Shown: positions 41,833-55,559 of the stretch, one piece after another | How positions within the stretch are numbered: the first letter of the stretch is position 1 | Layout: each line of letters begins with the position of its first letter | Source of the DNA: Catajapyx aquilonaris | Lineage: Eukaryota | Direction: 5' to 3' | Assembly (NCBI GenBank): GCA_000934665.2 | Contig: JYFJ02000470.1 | Span: 1 to 64,000, forward strand | Length of the DNA: 64,000 bases | Translations under genes and position numbers: made by a program | The notes under the pieces: generated by a model | Databases searched by the model: none | Seen by the model: the letters and a program-made list of their open reading frames with translations, nothing else | What the model was told of the DNA's origin: nothing

Positions 41833-44761
41833 ATGGCTGAGAGACTGCAGGTGGTTCGGCGTCATATGCAGCCTAGGAATGTGGCCATTGTATCCTTTTG
41901 ATATATGTGGAGTAATTTACATGATGGATTAGGGGAATTGGATTGTTGTTCATTATATGAGCTCCGCAGTTGGAGGCCAGCAAGAGAGTCATTCCCATCA
42001 TCACTTACCCGGAATGTTTTATCAGTTTCACATTATTTACCTATATCAAGGGATTGCTGCAGTACGACGACTGATAAAGTAACTGGCACCATTCATTGCC
42101 AGGAGTTTATGAGCAATTAAATTAATGAAGTCAGAGTGCATGTTGGATTGTTGGTGTGCATATTTAAGCGGGAGTGCGGAATTGTGGATCCAGTAATATC
42201 GTATGTAGCAGAAACCCATTAAATCCAAAAAAAACCATTTCGAGATGATCCAAAGGAAATATTTGACGATGCACTTCGTCGTCTTCTCTTTTTTGAGTGA
42301 TGTTACGAGAGAGAAATGTAAATGATCTTTTGCGAAATAGGGCTACACCTTATTTCGTAAGAAGTTTTTATCTCATATGCACTTATAATGATTACCGAAA
42401 GGAACTAGCAAATAACTCAAATTGTGCAAAACCTTATTTTATGACGTCAACAGCAATTAGATGGTATGAGAGGTAATTGTGGTTGCACAGTGCACCTTAA
42501 TTTATATAGTGACACCCTGTTGCAATAATAAGAAATGTGGTTATGATCTTGCATCATGGCCTGTTCTCTTATAAGCAGCATGCGAAGCAGTCCAATTGCT
42601 TCACCTTTGCTATGATAGTCAACATCATTTCATTGAGACATCCACAATGATGAGGATCAAGATATATCACCAGGGACTGACTTTCATGGTTTGACCTCCT
42701 GTGACTTCTTCGCAGATAAGGACTGATCTGGCCTGAATGTGGGGCACCAAGTAACATCCTTATCTAATGAAATGTTTGCGATCCAATGAGCTATATTTTC
42801 AATTCTCGAAGTAGTTTTTGTGTGTAATTTTCCAAATAACTATGGTGGGGGGAATTCGTCTTGAACTGTTATATATATGGATCACTATAAGGGAAAGGTT
42901 AGGGCAAGATAACCAAATAACGGGGAGGTGTGGTGGCCGTGATGGTAACATCACGGCTTGCTGATCGAGTGAAAGGCCCCAGGTTCGATCCCCGCCTGGG
43001 GAACTTTCCTTTCACCTGCGTCAGGAGGGTCTCTGACCTGCACTAAGGAGGTGTCTGGCAACCTAACCTCCTGGGGAACAGCACATGACCCCTTTACCGA
43101 CCTTGCACTTGCAGTCTTGCACCAACGTTCCCTCCCCAAAAATCCCTATCCCTACCCTACATCCTTGACTCCTTGCACCGGTGATGAAGTTAAAAGGAAA
43201 ATTGAAGAGTAATGGTGGTATTCCACCCCCCTAAAAAGGCTAAGTCTTATCACGGGGTAATGTTAAAAAAATAATAATAATAACCAAATAACTTCCCAAA
43301 ACACTGTATGAATGAAAAATATGACTTCATATGAAAGTGAAGACCAAATGTTTGACCCCATTACTTCAAGCAATATAATTTTAAAAAATTTATACCAACA
43401 ATTCCTGAAGGTGCTTCCAGAGAGGACATTGTCATTGCGCATTGTCATTGATATAATTATGGCATGAGTTCCAGTGATTAATACCAGTTTACTAATATGG
43501 TTAATTTGGCGTAATATACAAAGTGGCCACAAAGTTTTTTGTGCCATGCGTTATGTAGATGTTTCGGTCATTCTTTTCGTTTGATTGAGTTCTTAACTGA
43601 ATAATTCAGAACTTGCATCCCACATCCAGCGTGACATCTTTTCAGTTCTCTCCACGACAGTTTCAGTACACTGCAGACAACCCTCGCCTAACTGAAGAGC
43701 AGCGGATCCAATATGAAGAGAATGGATTTGTCGTGATTCCTAAGTTGGTTCCAGGACACCTTCTAGACAAGTACAGAGATCGGTTCTTGGATTTTTGTGA
43801 AGGGAGGGTTGACAAAGGGCATAGGATACTCATGAAGGACGTCTCCCTTGCAAAATTGGGTGCTAAGGGAGAACTGCTGTACAACAAGCTACAAGATTTT
43901 GTGTACGATGAGGTGTTGTGGGAGTATTGTAAGCTTCCAGAGGTAAAAAGTGTATAGTTTTTCATGTTATTTTATAAGTACAATTCTACTGGATACTTAT
44001 AAAAATTATTTCTGTTTGGCACAGATTGTGGATTACGTGGAGTGCTTCACAGGCCCAAATGTAGTTGCCGTCCACTCAATGCTGATCAATAAACCACCTG
44101 ATTCAGGCAGCAAAACATCCCGCCACCCACTTCACCAGGACCTGCACTATTTCCCATTCAGACCTGCAAACCGAATAGTATGTGCCTGGACAGCCATGGA
44201 AGATGTCACTGCGGAAAATGGATGCCTTGTGGTTCTTCCTGGATCCCACAAAGGCGAACTTCTCCAGCATGAATATCCAAACTGGGAGGTAAGCAGATCT
44301 GCTTTGGAGTTAATAAATTGTCTTTCCTTCTCACTTAAACATGTCAAACACACAGGGTGGAGTGAACAAAGGGTACCACGGTGTCAAAGTGAGCGACATT
44401 TCCTTGCGCCATCATGTCGTAATGGCCAAAGGAGACACGGTCTTCTTCCACCCAATCTTGATTCATGGATCTGGAACTAACAGAACTAAGGGATTTAGGA
44501 AGGCCATTTCCTGTCATTATGCTGCTGCTGAATGCCATTACATAGATGTGAGAGGAACCACTCAAGAAAATATTGCCAGGGAAGTTGAAGAGATTGCTAA
44601 GAAGAAGGGCTTCAGCTCTGTTGACTACAGGGTGAGTAACAGTAATGTCTGTTTGGATTACCGAATGCTATTGTTGTTGTTCTCATTAATAATTACAGGA
44701 TGTGTGGAAGTACCGGATGCGTCAGGTCAAAGGTGACACTGGTGACTTACTTGCTGATTAA
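41833..44761 (+). CDS. PHYH: Peroxisomal phytanoyl-CoA 2-hydroxylase (Fe(II)/2-oxoglutarate dioxygenase)
   Basis: Exon 41833-41889 encodes the PTS2-like RLQVVRRHM. Further exons 43610-43942, 44025-44288, 44357-44631 and 44699-44761 give [47 protein letters not shown] and [31 protein letters not shown]. Confidence 0.96.
41890..43609 (+). other. U12-type (minor spliceosome) GT-AG intron in PHYH
   Basis: 5' splice site GTATCCTTTT. Branch-like TTCTTAAC at 43590-43597, 12 nt before the CAG acceptor, with no polypyrimidine tract. Phase-0 join keeps the frame. Confidence 0.85.
42922..43279 (+). mobile_element. tRNA-derived SINE (copy A) inside PHYH intron 1
   Basis: A-box TGGCCGTGATGG, B-box GGTTCGATCCC, (ATA)n tail, 13-bp TSD ATAACCAAATAAC at 42909-42921 and 43280-43292. 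Confidence 0.88.
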
Positions 44762-46288
44762 GTTGAACAGGATTTCATTCAACTGTGGGAAATATGTTAT
44801 CATCAAGACAATATGAGTATAATTATGTTATCCAGCTGTGCTGATGGGTGACCTTCTGTGGCTATTGACCCAACAAATGTAATTCCAATATATTTGCTCA
44901 ATAACCAATTGTGTACCAAGTGAGATTGTGTGGTTGATGAGTCAAAAACACACCAGTAATCACATATTGTGAGTGTTTATTATCATTGAATTTTTGAGTA
45001 AGATTGAAATTTTGTAAATAAATACTGTGTCTACAAATCATTTGCCAATTTTTTACCCAATGTTTACAGGAACCTTCATTCTCAGCGTTGAGTCTTTCAG
45101 TTCTTCTGGGGTAACAATAATAATTCCTAAATCAAGTCCCTGCTGATGGTAATTTGGAGCCATGTTGTTATACTCTCCCACACATTTTTGGCTTCCCTCT
45201 GGCATGTAGTCAACTTGCCAATTTCTCTCACATCTGGCCTGCTTATTTATCTTGGCAAGTTTGTCCCACATCCCTTTTATCAGCTACAAACAGATGCCCA
45301 ATTCCATTTGTAACATGCAGGAACAGTTGCATTTGACAGGATCATATTCCAGACCAGCTCTGACCATACACTATGTATAATTCGCCTTCTTCATTTCATC
45401 AAAATAGGTATTGGATTATTTTATTAGCCTGCAGATTTTATGTCCTGTAACTGCATGTAATTTTTCTTCCAGCATGATCCGTCCAGCGCAGTACCTGCAC
45501 ACCTCATATGTAGGCTACAGGCAATCAATGCGTCAGTCCAAGTCAATGCCCGCCATGGGAACCCCTCCCTGGGCAACCCAGTTGCCGCTGCTGAATAAAC
45601 CATGGCTAATTGCGGTTCTGGAGAGATTAAATGGAGGCATGGCAGGCAGTGTAATCAATGCTGGGGCTGGCACAGCAGCCAGGAACAACATTGATTCAAC
45701 TATGGATCCATGGGGGTGGAAAATAGGACTCTTGTCTGTCCCCCCCTTCTCTCTGTGCTCCTACCCCCAAAAGACACGTAAAAATCACTCCCAAAATTCG
45801 TCGAAATGGACCTGCGCGGTCTGTGCACCCCTTTTCCCCCCCGTCGTCGTTTTATAGTCGGCGACGGCGCATTAGACCCCAAACAAAACGTCGGTACAGC
45901 TGCAGACCTCAGCCTCCATAATGCAGAGGAGGTGGCCCCGTTGCTAATCGAATCTGGAGCGGATGTTGACGGGTCCTTTTGCATTAGATAGAGTTGGCTA
46001 GCTAAGCAAAAAAAAAAAAGAAGGACAGAGCCAACATCTCACAAGTCTATGGATTGAAAATCGATGTGGAATAATCCGAGAGTGTCGCAGACATTTGTCC
46101 CCGATTGTCAGCTGGCAGAAGCAGGTGAGAGAGACGTCGATGCAGCAAAGAGCGCCCTATTTGATGTGTTAACCTTGACCCGTGAGATAATAACCAGGTG
46201 TCAATATAATGATTTCACAGATGCGTGTGAGTGGTCAGAGGTCAGCGTGACTGGGACGTCGATCGACCATCTGCTGCTCTGACAGGAC

Positions 46289-49017
46289 ATGATGATTTAC
46301 CACACCACAACCGATGCTCGTCCTGCCTCCCCCACTTTTCTGGCCGAATATTACTGGGTGAGTGGTGAGTGCCACTCAGAAATGTCATTTCATGAAATTA
46401 ATTGCACTTGATCGGACTTTGATAGTGACAAAGTGTTAACGATGTCATATTAGGTGATGGATAATCCGCAAGAGTGTAGCGATCAACATAAACACGAGTC
46501 ACTTTTTCGAGGAGAAATATTTAATATCCTCGTATGTGCGCAATGAAAGGCGACAAAACAGCACTCGTGAGAACGTGTGGCTAAAATGGTCGATAAAATT
46601 ATGAATTAATCCGTATAAATTGTAAATCCGGTGAATACCCAGGGTTTTTAAAAAAATCTTTTCTAATCAATACCCAAGAAACGTATCTCTTGATGTTTGG
46701 TTCCTCCTGGGAGTCATATAACCCGGAGTTCTCCCGTGTCGGAAGTATAATCTGCAGGATGATTCGGGTTTTTACCCGCAGAGACGCATGAAATCACAAG
46801 GCCATGAGCTTATTAAAATTCAATGAGTCAGTCACAATCAAGTCATTGAAAGTCAATAACTATACTGTTCCATTAATATATTCCTGGGAAGAAAAAAAAA
46901 AACCCAGGGTCAGAAGTATTGCTGTAACTATAGGAATAAATGGTAAACTCCAACAAGATCAGCAGCTTATAGATTACCAAGTTTTGTAATGCAATGGATA
47001 TACATGTCTTTGATGGCTCATTTTTCATGGAGAGATATAGATCTACTAAATCTGTAACTTAATATTAGGTGTAACACATTTTCTGAACATAACCAGGTGT
47101 ACTTATTACAGTAGCCTACTAACCTTCACTGGTGAAGGTATATCAAGACTTTCTTTCTGCCATATTAAATTAAAAAATACAGGTACACACTATCGTCTCT
47201 CGTACAAAACTGAACCATCAAGAAACACACTCTTTACTTAGACACATGTCATAACATAATCAATTGCCCCACAGTTGGTCCTGCTTGTGGCGCTGGTTCT
47301 TCTAGCTGTCCTGGCTTCCCGGCTATGGTGGACAGCCCGAGCCTGCAGGCCAGGCAGACGTTATGAGTACCGCGCTCTTCGAGAGGAAGGCTCTGAGAGT
47401 GTGGAGCTAGAGCATCGTGGTGTCCCACCTGAGACATCTCCTCTGTGCCAACGCCTTCTCCGAGACTCACCACGCTACGTCCTCCTAGCAACCCTCCCTG
47501 CAATTGGATCCAGAATTGAAAAGCAATGGTTCCTGGTCCAAGACACGGCAGTCAGGGCACAGAGACTAGTGTCCATCTTCCCACAAAATGCCCGCTGGGC
47601 TGCAGCGCAGAAGAGCCCTCCTGTGACACGACGAACCCTAGTAGACCTTTTCTTAGCTTTGCACCACCCCTATCTGCTGCCAGTGCTGGATGTTGAGTTT
47701 CAGGAGACTACAGAAAAGAGCTATGCAGTTATTGTACAGCCACCTGGGTCGGGTGGGAGTTTAAAGGATCTGATCTACGGAAGTTGCTGGCAGGACAGTT
47801 GGGATGACAAGTATGGCCGCAGAGGGACAGGTTTGGAAACAGGTCAGATGCAGCGACTTGGCAGGCAGATACTTGAGGCCATACTGTTTCTCTACTCAAG
47901 TGGGTTCCCAGTGTTTGGCCACCTGCACTCTGGGAATGTGATGATGCAGAATGGGGTGGCCAGGCTGGCTGGGTTTGAAAATGCAATGCTGGAGCATACA
48001 TCCAGGATATACCCACTGCTCAGGAGGAGGGTCAAGACAGAAGACAGACGGGCCATTGACACACTCTGTTTTGGTGAGTGAGGAAAATGTTGACGCCATT
48101 CATATAAATCATCAATGCAAAGGTTATCCTAACAGATTTTCTTAAAAATTAAACATTTCAGACTGAATGATCTAAACATGTATGGATTTCTGAACGACTT
48201 TGATATGCTATTTGTTTGCAGGTCACATGTTGTTTGAAATGTGCAGTGGTTATGAGCTGACCACTCCGCATCCTACGTGTACACAGCTCTTGGAGTTGCG
48301 TCATTCCCCTCAAGTGACACAAGTTCTGAGGTTCATATTTGAGCATCCCGAGCATCGGTATCCAACTCTTGAGGAACTGGTGGAGCTGCCTTTCTTCAGG
48401 AACCTTGACCTCAGGGAGCTCAGGTGCATGCCCAGAACAGTAAGTGCTTAAATTATTATAACTCTTGATGTTAACAGTTCATGGGAGAGATTATCATTAA
48501 TGCTCATTAAAATTCACCTGACTTGCAGCGAATCCACCCAACACTGCCAAACGTGCTCACTGTCTTGCGTCAACTCCAGAAGCATCAGTTTTCCAAACGG
48601 AGATCCAAATCAGCATCAGCTGTAGAAGCCAATGATAATGACGACAACAACAACAATGGAGATGCTGCTTTGTCATGGTCATCCTCTGAGCCATCAGTCA
48701 CACCTTCACCTCCATCCACATCCCCATCACCGACACCATCCACATTCAGCCGCAGTGAGGAGCGGCTGCCCCGCATTTCAAGCTGTGAGCACCGTCCCAT
48801 ACGCAGGCAGAACTCGGGAGGCAATGGTGCTATTGTCCCTGAAGAAGGATATTCAGTACCCACATCTCCTCTTCATTTCCGAGCCAGGGACTGCCTTGGA
48901 GCAGTCTCAGTGTCACCAATAGCATCATGCTGGAGGAACCTGCCAATGACGGAGATGAGTGGGAGGCGAACATCCGACTCAGATATCGCACCACTGCAGG
49001 AGACGGAGGCCACCTGA
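46289..49017 (+). CDS. Slob: Slowpoke-binding protein (Slob) / PXK-like pseudokinase lacking a PX domain, with an N-terminal hydrophobic helix
   Basis: Exons 46289-46357, 47275-48073, 48222-48439 and 48529-49017 join in frame. IGSRIEKQWFLV, LALHHPYLLPVLD, GSLKDLIY, GRQILEAILFL, GHLHSGNV and IDTLCFGHMLFEMCSG match Slob/PXK; HRD and DFG catalytic motifs are absent. Exon 1 assignment is less certain than the rest. Confidence 0.85.
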
Positions 49018-50821
49018 TTGTTGCGGAAACGGGGAGGGGCCCAGTGGCAAGCGCATTTAACAAGGGTCAAGGCTGGTTGGGTGGGGTTTTTCAAGTCCAT
49101 TTTCTCATGACTGGATTGACGAAGGAGAAGAAAAAAACTGGGAAGATCACTTTCTACACACTTTTAACAAAGGTCACGCAACTGATAGCAGCAGCTACAG
49201 TAGTTCAATTTCAATCAATTCCCCTGGAATTGAAACTTGACGCAATATTGATTGATACCTCAGATTGCAAATACTGCAAGTGGCAAATTGTGAGGATGGG
49301 AGAAAAAACTTTGCACATAAAAATCCTGTTATTCAGTAAAATTTAAAATTGCTTCAGTAATATGCCATCACAGAGAAGCAAGGTATTTTTTTCTCCTTGT
49401 AACTGATCACATCTACAACATTGCAGTTGCAGAATTTGCATTCTGTGGTATTTAATGTCCACTGCACATGACACGAAGCTCTGTGCAACATAAAAAAGCC
49501 GGAAGAAATACTTGGCGTCCACAACAAGTCCAGTTATAGAAGCAATCAACTGGCAAGTCCATTTTAATGTAGATAGACACGATTTTGGATGTTGCTACAT
49601 AACTTGCTTCCTTTCTGAGTGTGGCATCAAGCATTGAATACAAAAACTGTGTTGTCAATTCCCCCTACTTGGACCCTCATCTAGCCTGATGCAATCCACT
49701 GTCTGCTCTGCCAAGCTATGCTTTTGAAAATGGACATAAACAGGACGTAAGATTGTTCGCACATGGTTATCACGGCATGAATGGTGGGTCTTCCTGCCTT
49801 AATAAGTTGCTGCTGATGGTGCTTGCATAAATCACGTAATATGATGACACAGCAAAGTGAAGATACCAGATTAATACCAATAATAATAAATGATAGTGCT
49901 TCACTCTCAAAGGATTGCATTTAACTTCGACACATCCATTACTTGCAAATGATTTTTGTGTTTTTGGGCCATTTTTGTAGCTGTGCAGTAATAGGGTGAT
50001 AATGTTATAATTCCTGATAAAAATATGAAACAATGGTAATGGTATAAATTGCCAGTAGTGTTCAATATTGTCAGTATTGCAGTAATTGCGAAATGTTTTC
50101 ACTGGTTGCACATCTTCCTGCTAAGAGTTTTATGCCAACAATCCACCTTGCTGTTGCCATATCCTAATGCAGGGTGCTTATAAAATAATGACATTTTAAA
50201 ATCTTTCATCAGTTTTACTCAACACCTTAATAATGCCTGGACACGAAGGTGACCAAATCCTTTTTGTCTTTTCTTGTACACTGAAGAGCACTGAAAACAA
50301 GGCTTCACTGACAAATTCCTGTTGCACATGTTTCATCCAAAATAGAATAGCAATTACCTGAGAGACATGTATACTAAAAATGCATGAATTATTTTAGAAA
50401 CACCCTGTACTGTACATATTCTATTTTAAAAGAAATCTCTGAAATGTAGATACTGCGCTGGAGTTTTAATAGAAAATACAGTCATGAACCTATTTCAGTG
50501 TTTTTTCCCTGCTCCATTCGGCATTTCTCCAATGTATAAAACACAAAGGGGAACATGTAGAGGATTTCTCTTAATTCTTTTTGGCTAAGTAAGGACAACT
50601 TGCCCACATGTAAAAAGAAATGTGACCAAGAAAAACTTGCACGTGTATATTACTCTCAAAAAGCTTAGCAAACTGCTTCCAATATGGAAGCGTGCTCTCT
50701 TTTCCCCCAATACAGATCTGGCAATGCTGATGCCGCACTTGCTCCTGTGAGTCCTCGAGTCTCCAATTTGTCCGTGTTGAGACAGACATCTGTCTCCTTG
50801 AATTGTCAGTGACGGCCTGCA

Positions 50822-53800
50822 TCAGCTGGCATTGAGCACAGTGCGCAAGTCTTCCGGTAAGCTCCCTAAGATGCCATCGATGTGACCTTGCAACCTCTCC
50901 CTGGTTCCATGGGCCACCGGCAGCTCCTCCTGGGCACTCTGCTCCAACTTGTCCTTCAGGCGAAGAACCATATCAACCACTTCCACCTCCTGCTTCCCTC
51001 GGAGCCACACCAGCACATCCTGCAAGAGAGAGCTCACATATAAGATGTCATCTCTCTCATATCTTAGCCTCAATTATTTAAAATTTCTTTGCTGTAGCAT
51101 GAGAAATCTTTATCTTTGTGCCTACTAATTAACTGCAGTGTTTTTGCATCTAGGTGCAGGTGCAGGATGAACACAAGGGGCAGGTTTTCTTTTGGTGGCT
51201 GGGAGAGGGCTGCAAATTAAAGGTAGTTGTTTAGCCAGGATGGGAAATGGGAAACATCTCTGCTTACATATGCTACACCTTACGCAATTTACACTACCGA
51301 TGCCAAGTTAATTGTTGAATGATGCGCAAAATTGCCTAGATTTTAAAACCATTAGTGCAGAGTCCTCTCTTTCTCTTCCTCCCTCTCTCTGACACACTAA
51401 CTTCAGCTCCATTTTTAAATTGTCTTAAGGACAAGGTGCACCTACACATCTAATGCCACTGTTACGAACTCTACAGATACTCACCGCATCTGAAAGTGCT
51501 TCTAACTGCAGTGCCTGCAACTTCTGGCTAACTTCCCTGTACCGCATGTTGTACCATCCGCTGAAGTTAACAGATCGAAAGAACTTTCGGTATAGTCCCA
51601 CCCAGTCCCCTTTAATCCCAGATGTGAGCTGTGGTCCAGAAGTCTCCAGTGTAGCCAAGAAGTCATCAGGGTTAAATGGCTTGGGGGAAGGTGCTGACTT
51701 GTAGGGGGATATGTTCTTCTGTAGTGGCATCAGACTGGCCATGTACCTCTCCAGAGGAATCATGAAACTCTGAGTCAACTCCAGGAGATGTCGCCGAAGG
51801 AGAGCAGTCTGGACCTCCCTAGGTCGCTTTGTCTGAATGCCTTTGAGCATCTTCTTGAGTATTGCCTTATCCTTATGAAGGAAGGACTTGTAGTGCGTGT
51901 AGACACCTGGCTTGGAATCCAGCATCTTCACATTTCCACCCTTCTTGATTTTGTGCTTGAGACTGCCAGTTGTACCTGATGAGGATGGCTGCATGAAGTC
52001 ACCCACACGGACAATGTGTGGCCAATGTTGAAGGGTCTTGGCGAAAAATGGATTCGTGACACCCAGGATAACTGGTCAGAAATAAATAAGGTTACTCCAC
52101 TTCATAGTATAATACATACAAGGTGTTTCAATGTCCATCCTCAAATATTACAGATAAAGCTGTGCAGCTCTGAATTGCTTTAAGTGTAGCACAAGAATAA
52201 AACACCTTAATGTAATTACCTGGTGGTGGTGCATGTGACTTGGTGGTGTATTCTTTAAAATCGTTGTCATGGATGGTGAAGAAGGGCCTGAAATCTGCGC
52301 AGTATCTGAGTGGGTTGATCATTCCAACCAGGCCCTGGACTATTTGAGAGCAGGTCTGGGGAAGAGCAGACATGACCACCAGTGGCTCAGCAGTGAGGAC
52401 CAGCTCCCACAGCAACTGGATATGGAGGAGAACTGGAGACAGGCACTGGAACAGGTCAGACTCGTATACGGAGGAGACCACTATGGGAGAACCTGCCATG
52501 GGAGGCGGCATCAAGCGGGTTGGAGATGAGGTCACTGAGGTCACACCCAGACTGCGACTGCCATTTGATGGGAGTTGAACCTAGAATAATTCAAAGAAGT
52601 CAGATATTCAGCATAAAATTGATATGTTCTTGCAAAATTTTACTCCAAAGGTGGGTAAAGTCTCATTGCACTGTTGACAAGAAATAACTGACAATTTGTC
52701 AATCACAATTTACCATCTTATGTCCTAACACAAGTGCTGCAAGAAAAGTGGTAAATACTAAGGAAAGGAAGAGTAAAGGACATTTCAATTCACCTGTACA
52801 ATAGTCCCAAGCAATGGAAGGCTGAGACTGTCCCCTGGCATGGGTGGCGGCCAGTGATCAATGTCATGGCAGGCAGCCTCCACACTGGGCTCACCATTTT
52901 CAAAAAATTCAGGTGCAATTAAAGCAATGCTTTGATAGAAGAGATTCACCAGTGGCAGCCTCGATAAAATCACGAGAGACTGTAAAAATGAACATGAATT
53001 TTAAACATTTTCAAAGAGTGGGCTGTCTCAAAGATCTCACCTTCTGAAAGTACCCTCTCCGTACACTTCGATCCTTCACCTGTCTGAAGTATACATATCC
53101 ATAAAAGTAGCTGGGATCTATTTGTAAAGCCACAGGACACTTCTGGTTGTAGATCTTGTGCTCTGCACTCAGGCTTCCTCTGACTGGATAGTGGCGGACG
53201 CGGAAATGAAACTGAGTGTCTCCCATGCAGCCCGAGTTTGAGTCAGGGAATGCCAGGTAACATATATTGATCTTCTCCTGTTCAGAGAGCTTCACATGTG
53301 CTGGGTAGATCATCTGAAAACGCAACATGATAGGTGTTTACATTTCATGCTGCAGATTCTTATTAACTCTCACTAAGGATAAAATTTTGGTTTATGGATG
53401 TTCATTATGTAGACGTTGTCGTGTAATATGAGAGGACAAGTGAGGGATATACTGTACATTACTTGTGTGCGCCTCATTGTGAAGGGAATTGGCATGTGGC
53501 AGGCTGCTTAAATTGAATGTATGAACCCAAATGCAACATGTGTCATGGCAAAACCTGCACAATAGGCTGGAGGCAAACTAATCATCCTTATCATCAAGTT
53601 GGTAGAGCGTAGGACCATTGAACTCATTATATTTGTATAGAACATTACGCCTCAGAATAATTAATGCCTTAAGTATGGATTATCAGAAGCCCTATCTACA
53701 CAGCTGTCACCTTGACACACTTATTAATCTAGTACTATCCACTTAAGATATTAAATGTATCTTTTCAATAGTATATGTAATATCACAAAACTGCGATAAT

Positions 53801-55455
53801 TTGAAATTCTGTACTCCAATAACAAGCAACTGGCTTTAGCTATAAATTTACAAAACCATAACTACACACTGGTAATAGCATAATCAACACTTGCACCTTA
53901 CATAACACTGTAGAGTATAGACTGCAGACTATCAAAAGGACATATCCACACAATTTGGTCATGTTCATTCTGGTATGGTTAGTCGAGGTGAAAAATTTTC
54001 TCTATGATTCTAATGAATAATTTTGTTTAAATTCATAAAGATTGTTCCCATCAGCTATTTATGGAAAGACACATGCTCTCTAAGATGGAGAAGAATATAT
54101 TTGAACATATCAAGTAGCAATTCTGGGAGAGTCAGTAATAAAAAGTCAAAGTTACCTCGTTTTGGTGTAATTGATTTGTAGGGTAGAAATGACATACACT
54201 TGGAATAATAATTAATAGCTGTGACGTGTGTCAAACTGGGTTATAAAAATGCATGAGTACCTTTTCCAACTTTTACGAGTAGCAATTACTTTTGTTAATA
54301 TCGGTGCATGATCACATTATCACTCAATAATAATAATAATGTGACAGGCCTCCTTGGACCTTTTAGGGATCATCTTTTAATTCACCGACGTTAATCATTT
54401 GCCTGTCCTGTGATGGGTTTTGATAGTGGGAGAAACTGGGAGAACCCCGAGAAAACCCATGTTGTGAGCACAGAGAGAACCCATAGAAACTATCCACATA
54501 AGTATCCTTTGTCCGATCCGAGGATCAAACTAGACCAATCAGGATTCGATTTCATCTGAGGTGGGCGTTACGTCCTAAAATCTCAAGAATGAGATGAGTT
54601 TGTTTACACTAGCACAATATATTGGTAATCCAGCAGGGGGGAAATATTTCCCCACCAATCTTTCTAAATTCCATACAAAACACTCAGCAGGGGGAGGGGC
54701 TAATTATGGTTGCCAAGGTCACAAGCCACCTCCCCAAACGCATGAGTTATCTTGCCCCTAGTATAGGTGTAATCAATATTATATCCCACGTTATCTTTAA
54801 ACATTATATAATTTGAGGGGTGGTGGAAAAAAGTGATAACCCTCATTTTGACCTAAACACATAGCAACTATGTAAAAAATATGACATAAAGTTTGGTATA
54901 CTCGAAGTACACGCATCATGCACAAGGCGGCAACACGGACTAGATCAAAACCCGCATTCCCTGTGATTTGTGAACATAGTGCAAACTTCAATTAGCTCTC
55001 CTGAAAAATTAAACTTTTGTGGGTTATCACCTTTTTCCACCACACCCCTCATTTGTGAAGATGATCCTCACTAATGCGCTACGGTCCCCAAGCATTAACT
55101 GAATTCTTAGCATTTGTCATTGCAGACTTTTGTCATCACCAACGTCGTTTACTAGTCAAGAGAATATGACAATGCACCTACATAGGTAACGTAAATTAAT
55201 GAAAATCAATACGCGAATATTCAGTGGAGCAATGGCAATGTCCAATGAACTGATTGCAAATTGCAATGCAAATACCTCGAGAGCCTGCCCCAACTCCAGA
55301 TCAAACGTGACAACCGCAATGGAGTGGATCCAGTTGGAGAATCTGTCCCAGGGCAAAAAGACAGTGCTGCTGCTGCTGCTCCCGTTCTCACTAGTTCCGC
55401 TGAGGTGCCTGATCCCTCCGCTCCCTTCGTCCTTGTTGTTGGCCCCACTCGCCAT
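50822..55455 (-). CDS. DENND6: DENN domain protein 6 (FAM116), Rab GEF
   Basis: Six coding exons: [130 protein letters not shown]; ends [12 protein letters not shown]. Confidence 0.95.
54326..54532 (-). mobile_element. 5'-truncated SINE with a V-domain-like core
   Basis: Plus-strand TGGGAGAAACTGGGAGAACCCCGAGAAAACCCAT is the reverse of the TGGGTTTTCTCCGGG..CCGGTTTCCTCCCA conserved SINE core. B-box-like GTTTGATCCTC near 54530 and an (ATT)n tail at 54326-54340. Confidence 0.6.
54815..55050. mobile_element. ~236-bp MITE-like element with ~30-bp TIRs
   Basis: GAGGGGTGGTGGAAAAAAGTGATAACCC ... GGGTTATCACCTTTTTCCACCACACCCCTC, with ATTT on both flanks. Confidence 0.7.
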
Positions 55456-55559
55456 CACCTCCCCTGATTCTTCGCAGCCTCTCTTAGGTACTAAAATACT
55501 TTAAAAAAATAATCGACTAATTGTTGCGTTGTCTGTTTCAATGTTCAGGACATCTTCAC

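Noticed and set aside
42922..43000. tRNA gene call (also at 58917 and 57011)
   Set aside because: A and B boxes are present but continue into SINE bodies with simple-repeat tails and TSDs; there is no clean cloverleaf.
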